Positions 55,764 through 64,000 of a stretch of DNA of 64,000 nucleotides are shown in pieces. Position 1 is the first letter of the stretch; each line of letters begins with the position of its first letter. The position numbers were made by a program, and so were the translations under genes. Origin of the DNA: Candidatus Aldehydirespirator sp. (GTDB taxonomy: Bacteria > Actinomycetota > Acidimicrobiia > Acidimicrobiales > Aldehydirespiratoraceae); NCBI GenBank assembly GCA_965204415.1, contig CBDBEL010000001.1, positions 514,562-578,561 of the forward strand. Reading direction: 5' to 3'. The notes under the pieces are model-generated. The model had not been told where the DNA came from and did no database searches. It saw nothing but the letters and a program-made list of their open reading frames with translations.

Positions 55764-56675
55764 TCACCCGCCGGCCGTCTCGGCCATTCGCCGCTCGAGG
55801 TCGGCGATCATCGGGTTGGGCTCCTGACCGACGGTGCCGGGCAGCCTCTCGGCGATCTCGGCGGGTGTCCACCGCTCACCGGCTGACCACATCGAGCGGA
55901 CCTCTGCGGGCTGGTTCCAGACCGAGATCCGGCTTCCCACGACGGTGTAGATCTGCGCGTTGACGTCCCGGCCGGCGTCGCTGAGGAGGTAGACCGCCAT
56001 GGGCGCCACCGCCTCGGGCTCGCCCGTCTCGATCTCGAAGGGGACGTTCTCGCTCATCCGGGTGCGGGCCACCGGGGCGATGCAGTTGGCGTTGATCGCC
56101 GGGCCGCCCCGCAGCCGGATCGAGGCGGCGGTCATGGCCGCCGAACGGGTGAGGCTCACGATGCCGCCCTTGGCCGCGGAGTAGTTGGCCTGGGCGGTGG
56201 ACGCCGAGAACGCCCCGGAGGTGAACCCGACCAGCGAACCGCCGCCCGGCTGCTTGCGCATCCTCGCCAGAGCGGCGCGGTACACGTTGAAATGGCCTTT
56301 GAGGTGGACGGCCACCACGTGGTCCCACTCGTCCTCGCTCATGTTGAACAGCATCCGCTCCCGCAGCACCCCCGCCGGGCACACCACGCCGTCGATGCTC
56401 CCCCACTGATCGCAGGCCGCCTCGACTATGGCGGCGCCCACATCGAATCGGGAGACGTCGCCGGCCACCGCGATCGCCTCGCCGCCGGCGGCCCGGACCT
56501 CTTCCACGGCCGCATCGGCCACCTCGCTCGAAGGGTCGGAGCCGTCGAGGGCGACGCCGTAGTCCGCCACCACGACGTTGGCGCCCTCGGCCGCGCAGGC
56601 CAGCGACACCGCCCGCCCGATGCCGCCGCCGCCACCGGTGACCGCGACGGTCTTGCCCTCGAGGTGCTCGCTCAT
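55764..56675 (-). CDS. SDR-family oxidoreductase (long C-terminal extension)
   Basis: VTGGGGGIGRA, YSAAKGG. Confidence 0.85.
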   Translation of the reverse strand: MSEHLEGKTVAVTGGGGGIGRAVSLACAAEGANVVVADYGVALDGSDPSSEVADAAVEEVRAAGGEAIAVAGDVSRFDVGAAIVEAACDQWGSIDGVVCPAGVLRERMLFNMSEDEWDHVVAVHLKGHFNVYRAALARMRKQPGGGSLVGFTSGAFSASTAQANYSAAKGGIVSLTRSAAMTAASIRLRGGPAINANCIAPVARTRMSENVPFEIETGEPEAVAPMAVYLLSDAGRDVNAQIYTVVGSRISVWNQPAEVRSMWSAGERWTPAEIAERLPGTVGQEPNPMIADLERRMAETAGG

Positions 56676-56709
56676 GCTGGGTGGCCGGAGTCGGCTCAGG
56701 GATGCAGCG

Positions 56710-58020
56710 TCAGCGCTCGTCGCCCTGCTCGCGGTCGCGGCGGCGCAGCGACGCCAGGATGTCCACGCCGGTGGCGGCTTCGATCTGCTCGGTCATGGCC
56801 ACCAGCGATGCCGGGAGCTGGCTCATGAGCCCGGGTATGCCTCCCCGGGCGCCTCCGTCGCCGTTGCCGTCGCCGTTTCCGCCCGCACCGGCGCCGGTGT
56901 CGACGACCGCGACCCGGTCGATTGACACGTTCTGCACGGTGGCGACGATCTTGTCGATCAGGTCGGGCAGCATGTTGAGGACCAGCACGTCGTGGCCGTC
57001 GGCTCCGGCCGCCTGGTACTGGTCGGTGAGCCGCTTGAACACCTCGACCTGGGCCTTGCCGTCCTCGACGATCGTCGCCGCCTCGGCCTGGGCCTGGAGC
57101 TGGCGGGCCTCCAGGTCGGCCCGGGCCGGCACCACCACGTCGGCCTCCACCCGCCGCTTCTCCAGCTCGATGCGCTCAGTCTCCAGCTCCTGGCTGGCCA
57201 CTGCCTTGGCGGTCTCGCCGGCCACCAGGGCCTCCTCCTCGCGGGCCCTGGAGATGGCCTCGAGCTCGGCGGTACGCACCCGCAGCGCGTTCTGCTCCTC
57301 GACGATCTTCTTGTCGGCCTCGATCTGGGCCACCTGGGCGGTGCGGCGGGCGGCCGCCTCGGCCTGCTCGGACTCGGCGGTGCGTTCGGCCTCGGCCACC
57401 CTGGCGTCGCGGATGACCTCGGCGGTGAGGCGCCGACCCACCGACTCGAGGTAGTTCACGTCGTCGGTGACGTTCTGGATCTTGAGCACGTCGAGCTCCA
57501 GGCCGAGGGTCTTGATGTCGTCGTCGGCCTCGTCGATGAGCTGGTGGCTGAACTTGAGCCGGTCCTCGTTGACCTCCTCGGGCGACATCGTGGCCAGCAC
57601 ACCGCGCAGGTTGGCCTCTAGGGTCTCCTTGGCGATCTTGCCGATCTGGGAGTGGTCGACGTGCAGGAACCGCTCGGCGGCGTTCTCCAGCAGGCCCTCG
57701 CCGCTCGACACCTTCACGTTGGCGATGCCCATCACGTTGAGGGGGATGGCGCCCTTCGAGTAGGCGTTGGTGACCGCCACCTCCAGCGGGATGGTGTTCA
57801 GGTCCATCCAGGCCACCCGCTCGATCAGCGGTATCCGCAGGGTGCGCCCGCCCTTGAGGATCCGGTAGCCGACCGTTCGACCGTCCGAGAGCGTCCGCTT
57901 GCGGCCCGAGATGACCGCCACCCGGTTGGGCGGGCAGATCACGATCAGGGACTTGACGATCAGGATGACAAAGAACACGGCCAGCGCCAGAGCGATGCCG
58001 GCCACGACTGCTGAGGACAT
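56710..58020 (-). CDS. flotillin-like SPFH/band-7 domain protein
   Basis: ATG 58020 after GGGAGGG. N-terminal TM, SPFH domain, Ala/Glu-rich coiled coil (EAERTAESEQAEAAARR..). Confidence 0.85.
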   Translation of the reverse strand: MSSAVVAGIALALAVFFVILIVKSLIVICPPNRVAVISGRKRTLSDGRTVGYRILKGGRTLRIPLIERVAWMDLNTIPLEVAVTNAYSKGAIPLNVMGIANVKVSSGEGLLENAAERFLHVDHSQIGKIAKETLEANLRGVLATMSPEEVNEDRLKFSHQLIDEADDDIKTLGLELDVLKIQNVTDDVNYLESVGRRLTAEVIRDARVAEAERTAESEQAEAAARRTAQVAQIEADKKIVEEQNALRVRTAELEAISRAREEEALVAGETAKAVASQELETERIELEKRRVEADVVVPARADLEARQLQAQAEAATIVEDGKAQVEVFKRLTDQYQAAGADGHDVLVLNMLPDLIDKIVATVQNVSIDRVAVVDTGAGAGGNGDGNGDGGARGGIPGLMSQLPASLVAMTEQIEAATGVDILASLRRRDREQGDER

Positions 58021-58165
58021 TGCGCCCTCCCTTCTACGCGCCGTCACGCGTCATGGAAGCCCACTGCCCGGCCGAGCGTACCAGCCTCGCCGAGCCGGTG
58101 GCCAACGTCGTTGTGCGGGTCCCGGCCACGCCGAAACACACCGGCAATGGCCGAACGGGCCGGGC

Positions 58166-58705
58166 CTACTCCAGTTCGGGGTCCAAGCGGGTGACGAGGG
58201 CGACGCCGCCCTCGATCCGTACGATTATCACCCGGGCACCGGCCTCGATGTCTCGGCCTTGTTCGAGGGGGTCGATGGGAGCAGCCGTCATCTGGGTCCG
58301 GGCTCCGGCCACGGTCAGCACGATCCGGCCGCGCCGCTCGTTCGACATCGGCAACGAGACCCGGGCGATGCTGCCCTCGATCTCGCGGTCGGACACGTCG
58401 CTGGACGCCTCGCTGCGACGCAGGAACGCGAAGGCGGCGCTGTTGAGCGCTCCGGCCAGCACCCCGACCACGACCGCCATGAGCAGCGTGAAGATCGCAC
58501 CGGTTCCGAGCCACTGCGAGACCAGCCCGGTGGCGCCGAAGAACGTGGCCACGAAGGCCAGGCTGCTCAGCGGGATGATCGTGAAGACCTCCGACAGCCC
58601 GTCAGCCTCGGCGCCCATCTCCACTTCGCTGTCGCCCCCGGTGAACACGAACCACAGCAGCAGCGGAGCCCCGGCGGCCAGCATGAAGGCGTACAGCCAG
58701 GTCAT
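58166..58705 (-). CDS. NfeD-family membrane protein (flotillin partner)
   Basis: MTWLYAFMLAAGAPLLLW.. TM segments plus C-terminal OB-like domain; upstream in-frame extension rejected. Confidence 0.7.
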   Translation of the reverse strand: MTWLYAFMLAAGAPLLLWFVFTGGDSEVEMGAEADGLSEVFTIIPLSSLAFVATFFGATGLVSQWLGTGAIFTLLMAVVVGVLAGALNSAAFAFLRRSEASSDVSDREIEGSIARVSLPMSNERRGRIVLTVAGARTQMTAAPIDPLEQGRDIEAGARVIIVRIEGGVALVTRLDPELE

Positions 58706-58714
58706 GCCGACGCT

Positions 58715-58870
58715 CCCACTAGAGCTAGCGCGGATTGCTCGCAAGCGCCTAGCGGTGCGGCGGTGTGATTCCCGCTCTTGTTCGCTTCGCTCACGGGCCG
58801 CTCGGGCCACGGCCTCGCTCGGCACCTCGCGAGGATGACGAACGGGTCGGGTCTATCCGCTCGGCCTCTT
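58715..58870 (-). repeat. interspersed intergenic repeat, copy D (core 58770-58818)
   Basis: Reverse complement gagcgaggccgtggcccgagcggcccgtgagcgaagcgaacaagagcgggaa; box cgctcggcctct at 58859-58870. Confidence 0.8.
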
Positions 58871-59032
58871 AGGGCGGGCCCCATCCCTCGCGGCGATCGG
58901 CGCACCGGCGCTGACATCGGGCTGGACATGGTCCAAAGCTAGTATCCCGGCCGTGCAGCCCGCACCGATGTCAGCCGCACCGCTCGGCCCCCGGATCGGC
59001 ACTCCGGCCGGTCGCGGGCGCCGGGCGGGTCC

Positions 59033-59995
59033 ATGAGCTTCACCGACGCCTTCTTCGCGCTGCGCGACGAGGTCCGCAACTGGGGCCGCTGGGGCGACGA
59101 CGACCGCCTCGGAACCCTCAACCTGATCAGCGACGGCGCGGTGGCCCACGCCGCTTCGCTGGTGCGCACCGGCCGGAGGGTGTCGTGCGCCCTCGACCTG
59201 CACCACACCAACGGTGTGCAGATCGGCCAGATGCACGGCCGGATCAACCCGTTGCACGCCATGGTGAAGATCCACAGCCCCGACCTCGGCGACGCCGACG
59301 GCCAGGGCCTGGTACCGCACTTCTCCGACGACATCGTGACCATGGCCCTGCAGGCCGCCACCCACTGGGACGGCCTGTCCCACGTGAGCTACGACAACAC
59401 CCTCTACAACGGCGTGCCGGTCTCGTCGATCAATCCCATGGGCGGCGCCACCGTGCTCGGCATCGAGAACGTCCGCCACCTCACCGGCCGGGGCGTGCTG
59501 CTCGACGTCTGCGCGGCCAAGGGGCTCGGGCGGCTCGCCAGCGACCACGAGGTGACCGCCGACGACCTCGACGAGGCGGCCGAGCACGGGCGGTTGGCCA
59601 TGCGCCCCGGCGACATCGTGCTGATCCGCACTGGGCGGATGCAGGTGTTCCGCGAGATGGGGGCTCTGCCCTACGTCACCGGACCCGACTCCGACGGCAC
59701 CAGCCCCGGCCCCGGCTTCGATGCGGTGCGCTGGTTCCATCGCCACGATGTGGCCGCGGTCGCCAATGACACCTACATCTTCGAGGTCTTCCCCGGGCCG
59801 GACTGGGACGACGCGCTGGGCGTCCACTGCGCGCACGTGGTGGACATGGGCATGACCCAGGGCCAGAACTGGGATCTCGAAGCGCTGGCCGCGGCCTGCG
59901 CGGAGGAGGGCCGCTACGAGTTCCTGCTGCAGGCCAACCCGGAGCCGTTCGTGGGCGCCTGCGGCTCGCCCGTCAACCCGGTGGCCGTGCTGTAG
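59033..59995 (+). CDS. cyclase-family protein (kynurenine formamidase-like fold)
   Basis: 320 aa; ATHWDGLSH metal motif. Confidence 0.75.
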   Translation: MSFTDAFFALRDEVRNWGRWGDDDRLGTLNLISDGAVAHAASLVRTGRRVSCALDLHHTNGVQIGQMHGRINPLHAMVKIHSPDLGDADGQGLVPHFSDDIVTMALQAATHWDGLSHVSYDNTLYNGVPVSSINPMGGATVLGIENVRHLTGRGVLLDVCAAKGLGRLASDHEVTADDLDEAAEHGRLAMRPGDIVLIRTGRMQVFREMGALPYVTGPDSDGTSPGPGFDAVRWFHRHDVAAVANDTYIFEVFPGPDWDDALGVHCAHVVDMGMTQGQNWDLEALAAACAEEGRYEFLLQANPEPFVGACGSPVNPVAVL

Positions 59996-60072
59996 CCGCC
60001 GGCGTGACAGCCCTCGAACCAAGCCGGCCGGTGGGCCGGACCCGGCCCGGCGAGCCGCTCTAGAATGAGACC

Positions 60073-61014
60073 ATGGCCGGCGACCCTCCGGAGAGGCCAC
60101 AGGTTGCGGTCGTAGGCAGCGCCAACATTGACCTGGTGGTGGAGGTGGCCACCATCCCGGTTCCCGGCGAGACGGTGCTGGGAGGCGACCTTCGACGCAT
60201 TCCCGGCGGCAAGGGCGCCAACCAGGCTGTGGCCGCGGCCCGTCTCGGCCGCCGGGTCGCCATGATCGGACGCGTCGGCGACGACGACGCCGGCACGACG
60301 CTGAGGGAGGCGCTGGCCTCGGCCGGCGTCGACACGGCCGGCCTCCGGACGACGCCGGGGACTCCGAGCGGCACTGCGCTGATCGCGGTGGGCGCCGACG
60401 GCGACAACGCGATCGTGGTGAGCCCGGGCGCCAACGGCCGGGTCAGCTCGGACGACGTGGCGAGCGCGGCCCCAGTCCTCGGCGCGGCCGCGGCGGTGCT
60501 GCTGCAGTTGGAGGTGCCGCTCGAGGCGGTCGCGGCTGCGGTGCGGCACGCCCGCGGCACGGTGGTGCTCAACCCGGCCCCCGCTCCGACCGCCATGCTG
60601 CCCGCCGAGCTGCTCGACGGCGTGGACGTGCTCGTGCCCAACCAGACCGAGCTGGCGGTGCTGGCCGGTCACGCCGGGCTGTCCGCCATCGGCGAGGTCG
60701 ACCCGGACACGGCCGTCGCCCTGGCCCGCGGCTTGCCGGTCGCGGCCGCGGTGGTGACCCTGGGGGCGGCCGGCGCGATGGTTGTCACTCCCACCGACGC
60801 CACCCATGTGCCCGCGCCCGCGGTCGAGCCGGTGGACACCACCGCGGCCGGAGACGCCTTCTGCGGGGCGCTCGCCGACGCCCTGGTCGACGGCGCCGAC
60901 CTGGTCCGGGCCACCGCCTGGGCCGTCCGGGTGGGTGCCGCCTCAACACTCCGGCCAGGTGCCCAGCCCTCGCTGCCGACCAGCACCGAAGTCGATCAAT
61001 TGCTGAGCCGCTAG
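60073..61014 (+). CDS. rbsK: ribokinase
   Basis: VVGSANIDL, GGKGANQAVAAARLG, DTTAAGDAF. Confidence 0.85.
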   Translation: MAGDPPERPQVAVVGSANIDLVVEVATIPVPGETVLGGDLRRIPGGKGANQAVAAARLGRRVAMIGRVGDDDAGTTLREALASAGVDTAGLRTTPGTPSGTALIAVGADGDNAIVVSPGANGRVSSDDVASAAPVLGAAAAVLLQLEVPLEAVAAAVRHARGTVVLNPAPAPTAMLPAELLDGVDVLVPNQTELAVLAGHAGLSAIGEVDPDTAVALARGLPVAAAVVTLGAAGAMVVTPTDATHVPAPAVEPVDTTAAGDAFCGALADALVDGADLVRATAWAVRVGAASTLRPGAQPSLPTSTEVDQLLSR

Positions 61015-61032
61015 TCCCTCTAGGCTCCGTTC

Positions 61033-61980
61033 ATGACCGCTGGCACTGCGACCCGGCCGAGGATCGTGCTGGACTGCGACCCGGGGCTCGACGACGCCAT
61101 CGCCATCCTCACCGCGGCCCACTTCGGCGAGCTGGTGGGGATCACCGCCGTCAACGGCAACGTCGGCATCGAGCACACCACCCACAACGCGCTGGTGACC
61201 GCCCAGATCGCCGGCCTGGACGTGCCCGTTCACCGGGGCGCGGCCCGCCCGCTGATCGCGCCAACCATGGACGCGGCCCGCATTCACGGGGCGACCGGCC
61301 TCGGCGACGTGACCCTGCCCGAGTTGACCCGCTCGGTCGCCTCCGACGACGCCGTGGCCTTCCTGTGCGACACGGCCCGCTCCGTCGACGACCTGCACCT
61401 GGTGGCGGTGGGCCCGTTGACGAACGTGGCCCTCGCCCTGCGGCGCGACCCGGACCTGCGCAGCCGCCTGGCCGGCCTCACGATCATGGGCGGCGGCGCC
61501 CACGCCGGCAACGTCACCCCGGTGGCCGAGTTCAACGTCTGGGCCGATCCCGAGGCGGCCGCCATCGTGTTCAGCGAAGCGGCCCCGTTGACCATGGTCG
61601 GCCTCGACGTCACCCACAAGGTGCTGCTGGGCGGCGACGAGGCCGCCCGGATGCGCTCTGCCGGCACCCCCGCGGCCGACTTCGCGGCGGAGTTGCTGGA
61701 GTACGCCTACGACCGGTGCCGCGAGTTCGGCCTGGAGGCGGCCCCGGTGCACGACGCCACCGCTGTCATCGCGGTCACCCACCCCCACCTGTTCCGCCGG
61801 TCGGCCCACCCGGTGGCGGTGGAGCTGCACGGCGAGCACACCCGAGGCATGACCGTGACCGACGTGCGCCCGCCCGCCGCCCTCGCCGCGGGTCCGGCCC
61901 CGCAGTTCCACGATGTCGTCTGGGACGCCGACGCCCGAGCCGTGATCGACCTCATAGTGGAGGCCGTAGTCAGCTGCTAG
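61033..61980 (+). CDS. nucleoside hydrolase (inosine/uridine-preferring family)
   Basis: N-terminal DCDPGLDDAIA aspartate cluster. Confidence 0.85.
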   Translation: MTAGTATRPRIVLDCDPGLDDAIAILTAAHFGELVGITAVNGNVGIEHTTHNALVTAQIAGLDVPVHRGAARPLIAPTMDAARIHGATGLGDVTLPELTRSVASDDAVAFLCDTARSVDDLHLVAVGPLTNVALALRRDPDLRSRLAGLTIMGGGAHAGNVTPVAEFNVWADPEAAAIVFSEAAPLTMVGLDVTHKVLLGGDEAARMRSAGTPAADFAAELLEYAYDRCREFGLEAAPVHDATAVIAVTHPHLFRRSAHPVAVELHGEHTRGMTVTDVRPPAALAAGPAPQFHDVVWDADARAVIDLIVEAVVSC

Positions 61981-62467
61981 CCGGGCGGTAGACCTCGGCC
62001 AGCCATTGATCCTCGATCTCGATGGGGCACAGAGCCCAGCACGCGGACAGGAGCCATTCCAGCACCTCGTTGTGGGCCGCATCCCGCGACGGATGCGCGA
62101 CGATTCCGTGCTTGGCGTGGTCCTGAACCTTGCGCCAGCCCGGCGGCAGCGGGGCTCCGGCGTCGCGGAGCCGGTCCAGCGCCTTGGGTCCGGCGCCGTG
62201 CTCCACGCCGACAGTGGAGTGCGCCCCCTCTCCGGCCTCCGGCGGCGGGGTCCAGGTCGCCATGGGAACCGCCGGGCCCCGGCCCGAGAACCAGCTGGCC
62301 AGCGCGGACGGCGACGGCAGCCTCTCGATCTGGTCGTCTCGCAGGCCGGGACCGATGTTGATCCAGCCCAGGCCGTCACCCCGGGCCTCCAGGGTCTGCA
62401 TGGCCCGCACCACCGCTGACGTGTCAGACGACTCGAAAGCCACCGTCTCGCTACTGAACAAGCCCAC
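61970..62467 (-). CDS. hypothetical protein
   Basis: 165-aa ORF, composition normal for coding, no motif recognised; 11-nt convergent overlap with 61033-61980. Confidence 0.45.
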   Translation of the reverse strand: MGLFSSETVAFESSDTSAVVRAMQTLEARGDGLGWINIGPGLRDDQIERLPSPSALASWFSGRGPAVPMATWTPPPEAGEGAHSTVGVEHGAGPKALDRLRDAGAPLPPGWRKVQDHAKHGIVAHPSRDAAHNEVLEWLLSACWALCPIEIEDQWLAEVYRPASS

Positions 62468-62551
62468 GACTCCGAACCGTACCGCGGCGCATCCCGTCCC
62501 CTAGGCCACGAGTGTGCGCGGTGCGCCAGGCCGGGGGGTGGCGACGAGTCA

Positions 62552-62623
62552 GATGACCGACGAATAGGGCGAAGCCCGTGTCGGTCATCTCGGCTCGGCG
62601 ACAGGACCCGCGGGCCGGGATGA
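62552..62623 (+). promoter_or_regulatory. metY 5' leader with two mutually exclusive hairpins
   Basis: Hairpin 1: GATGACCGAC (62552-62561) pairs with GTCGGTCATC (62580-62589). Hairpin 2: TCATCTCGGC (62585-62594) pairs with GCCGGGATGA (62614-62623) next to the start region. Confidence 0.35.
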
Positions 62624-62636
62624 GTATCGTCATGGC

Positions 62637-63935
62637 ATGGAAGACCGGAATTGGGGGTTCCGCACCCGGGCCCTGCACGCGGGCAGCCAGCCCGACCCCA
62701 CCACGGGAGCCAGGGCGGTGCCCATCTACCAGTCGACGAGCTTCGTGTTCGAGGACACCGCCGATGCCGCCGACCTCTTCGCCCTCCAGAAGTACGGCAC
62801 CATCTACACCCGCATCTCCAATCCCACGAACGCGGCCTTCGAGGAGCGCATGGCCAGCCTCGAGGGGGGCATCGGGGCGGTGGCCGCCGCCAGCGGCCAG
62901 GCCGCCGAGTTCCTCACCGTCACTGCGCTGGCCTCCGCCGGCGACCATGTCGTCGCCGCGGCCGGACTCTACGGCGGCACCTACACGCTCCTCGACGTGA
63001 CGCTTCGGCGGCTCGGCATCGACACCACGTTCGTCGACGGAACCGACCCCGACGCCTTCGCGGCGGCCGTGCGTCCCAACACGAAGCTGCTCTACACCGA
63101 GATCATCGCCAACCCGTCGGGCGCGGTCGCGGACCTGGTCGCCCTGGCCGGCGTCGCCCAAGCCCACCGCCTGCCTCTGGCGGTCGACTCGACCTTCGCC
63201 ACGCCGTACCTGTGCCGCCCCCTGGACCACGGCGCCGACATCGCACTGCACTCGGCCACCAAGTTCCTGGGCGGCCACGGCACCTCCATCGGCGGCGTGA
63301 TCGTGGAGGCGGGACGCTTCGACTGGGACTCGGGCCGGTTCCCGCACATGGTCGATCGGATCCCGAGCTACAACGAGCTGCGCTGGTGGGACAACTTCGG
63401 CGAGTACGCCTTCTGCACGAAGGTCCGGGCCGAGCAGCTGCGCGACACCGGCGCCTGCCTGTCGCCGTTCAACGCCTTCCTGCTGCTGCAGGGGATCGAG
63501 ACGCTGCCGCTGCGCATGGACGCCCACATCGCCAACGCCCGGGCCGTGGCCGAGTGGCTCGACGCCGACGACCGGGTGGCGTGGGTGCTGTGGGCGGGTC
63601 TGCCCGACCATCCGCAGCACGACCTGGCCCGCCGCTACCTGCCCAAGGGACCGGGCGCCATCTTCACTTTCGGCGTGGTGGGCGGGCGCGCCGCCGGCGC
63701 CCGTTTCATCGAGTCGCTGCAGATGGTGTCGCATCTCGCCAATGTGGGCGACGCCAAGACGCTCGTCATCCATCCGGCCTCCACCACCCATCAGCAGCTC
63801 TCCGACGCCGAGCTGGAGGCGGGGGGCGTGTCGCCGGACATGGTGCGCATATCGGTCGGGCTGGAAGACGCCGACGACATCATCTGGGACCTCGACCAGG
63901 CCCTGACCGCGGCCACGAAGGACCCCGATGGCTGA
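62637..63935 (+). CDS. metY: O-acetylhomoserine/O-acetylserine sulfhydrylase (PLP-dependent)
   Basis: 432 aa; [13 protein letters not shown] (PLP Lys), canonical MetY N-terminus ..[14 protein letters not shown]. Confidence 0.9.
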   Translation: MEDRNWGFRTRALHAGSQPDPTTGARAVPIYQSTSFVFEDTADAADLFALQKYGTIYTRISNPTNAAFEERMASLEGGIGAVAAASGQAAEFLTVTALASAGDHVVAAAGLYGGTYTLLDVTLRRLGIDTTFVDGTDPDAFAAAVRPNTKLLYTEIIANPSGAVADLVALAGVAQAHRLPLAVDSTFATPYLCRPLDHGADIALHSATKFLGGHGTSIGGVIVEAGRFDWDSGRFPHMVDRIPSYNELRWWDNFGEYAFCTKVRAEQLRDTGACLSPFNAFLLLQGIETLPLRMDAHIANARAVAEWLDADDRVAWVLWAGLPDHPQHDLARRYLPKGPGAIFTFGVVGGRAAGARFIESLQMVSHLANVGDAKTLVIHPASTTHQQLSDAELEAGGVSPDMVRISVGLEDADDIIWDLDQALTAATKDPDG

Positions 63936-64000
63936 GCATCCGCCGGTGGAGGGGTGGACGCCGCCGACCGCTCGCGAGCGCCAGCGCATCCTGAACCGGT
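63928..64000 (+). CDS. 5' end of a downstream ORF (function not assignable from 24 codons)
   Basis: ATG 63928 overlaps the metY end by 8 nt; open to the window edge ([24 protein letters not shown]). Confidence 0.3.
   Translation, partial: MAEHPPVEGWTPPTARERQRILNR

Noticed and set aside
56676-56709. Relay ORF between flotillin and the SDR at 56675, whose start is ATGA
   Set aside because: The relevant frame has no start codon in the gap and contains an internal TGA (56698-56696). It serves as a negative example.
58706-58825. In-frame N-terminal extension of NfeD through repeat copy D (MPSEAVARAARERSEQERE...)
   Set aside because: The extension is just the interspersed repeat read in one frame. 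NfeD-type proteins begin with the TM segment found at MTWLYAF (58705).
62468-62636. Known SAM-I or SAM-IV riboswitch upstream of metY
   Set aside because: I could not find the conserved core sequences from memory, so only the alternative-hairpin architecture is reported, at low confidence.
1-64000. Prophage, IS element, integron, toxin-antitoxin or known defence system
   Set aside because: No integrase, transposase, recombinase, nuclease/ATPase defence signatures or tRNA attachment sites were recognised. Apart from the repeats noted, the gene content is metabolic, transport or housekeeping.

Overview
Very GC-rich, densely coding chromosomal segment that looks actinobacterial: many GTG starts, F420/LLM, PPOX and mycothiol/DinB-type families, and Thr-rich lipoprotein linkers. 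I call 62 CDS. I recognised no rRNA, tRNA, CRISPR array, transposase, integrase or defence system. Gene content from left to right: (i) 1-3.6 kb holds oxidoreductase and hydrolase genes, including a Rieske oxygenase missing from the ORF track. (ii) 3.7-20.5 kb is one co-directional catabolic super-operon. It has a Liv-type ABC importer, an AtzD/barbiturase-family ring-opening amidohydrolase, a Rieske oxygenase, a CoxS/M/L-type molybdenum hydroxylase, an amidohydrolase_2, a DapA-like aldolase, an OCD-like enzyme, a two-subunit ring-hydroxylating dioxygenase and an extradiol dioxygenase. (iii) 20.5-26.7 kb is a second Mo-hydroxylase operon with two different large subunits. (iv) 26.8-31.2 kb holds RidA, two cupins, a ferredoxin and twin MFS genes. 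(v) Next come a frameshifted DEAH-type helicase and housekeeping or miscellaneous genes (AzlCD, LMW-PTP, CoA-transferase, SDRs). (vi) 40.9-44.4 kb is a siroheme synthesis and sulfite reductase operon. (vii) 44.4-54.7 kb is an Opp/Dpp-type ABC transporter with three tandem substrate-binding paralogs. (viii) The remainder holds SDRs, flotillin-NfeD, a cyclase, ribokinase, nucleoside hydrolase and metY. The most unusual signal is structural rather than a gene family. Many intercistronic gaps are bridged by short relay ORFs whose stop overlaps the next start (ATGA/GTGA), and several arose by tandem duplication of the junction. There is also a ~150-nt interspersed intergenic repeat in 4 copies, two near-perfect tandem repeat arrays, and an AT-rich palindromic operator candidate. 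All calls come from reading the sequence and ORF track by eye; no database search was run.
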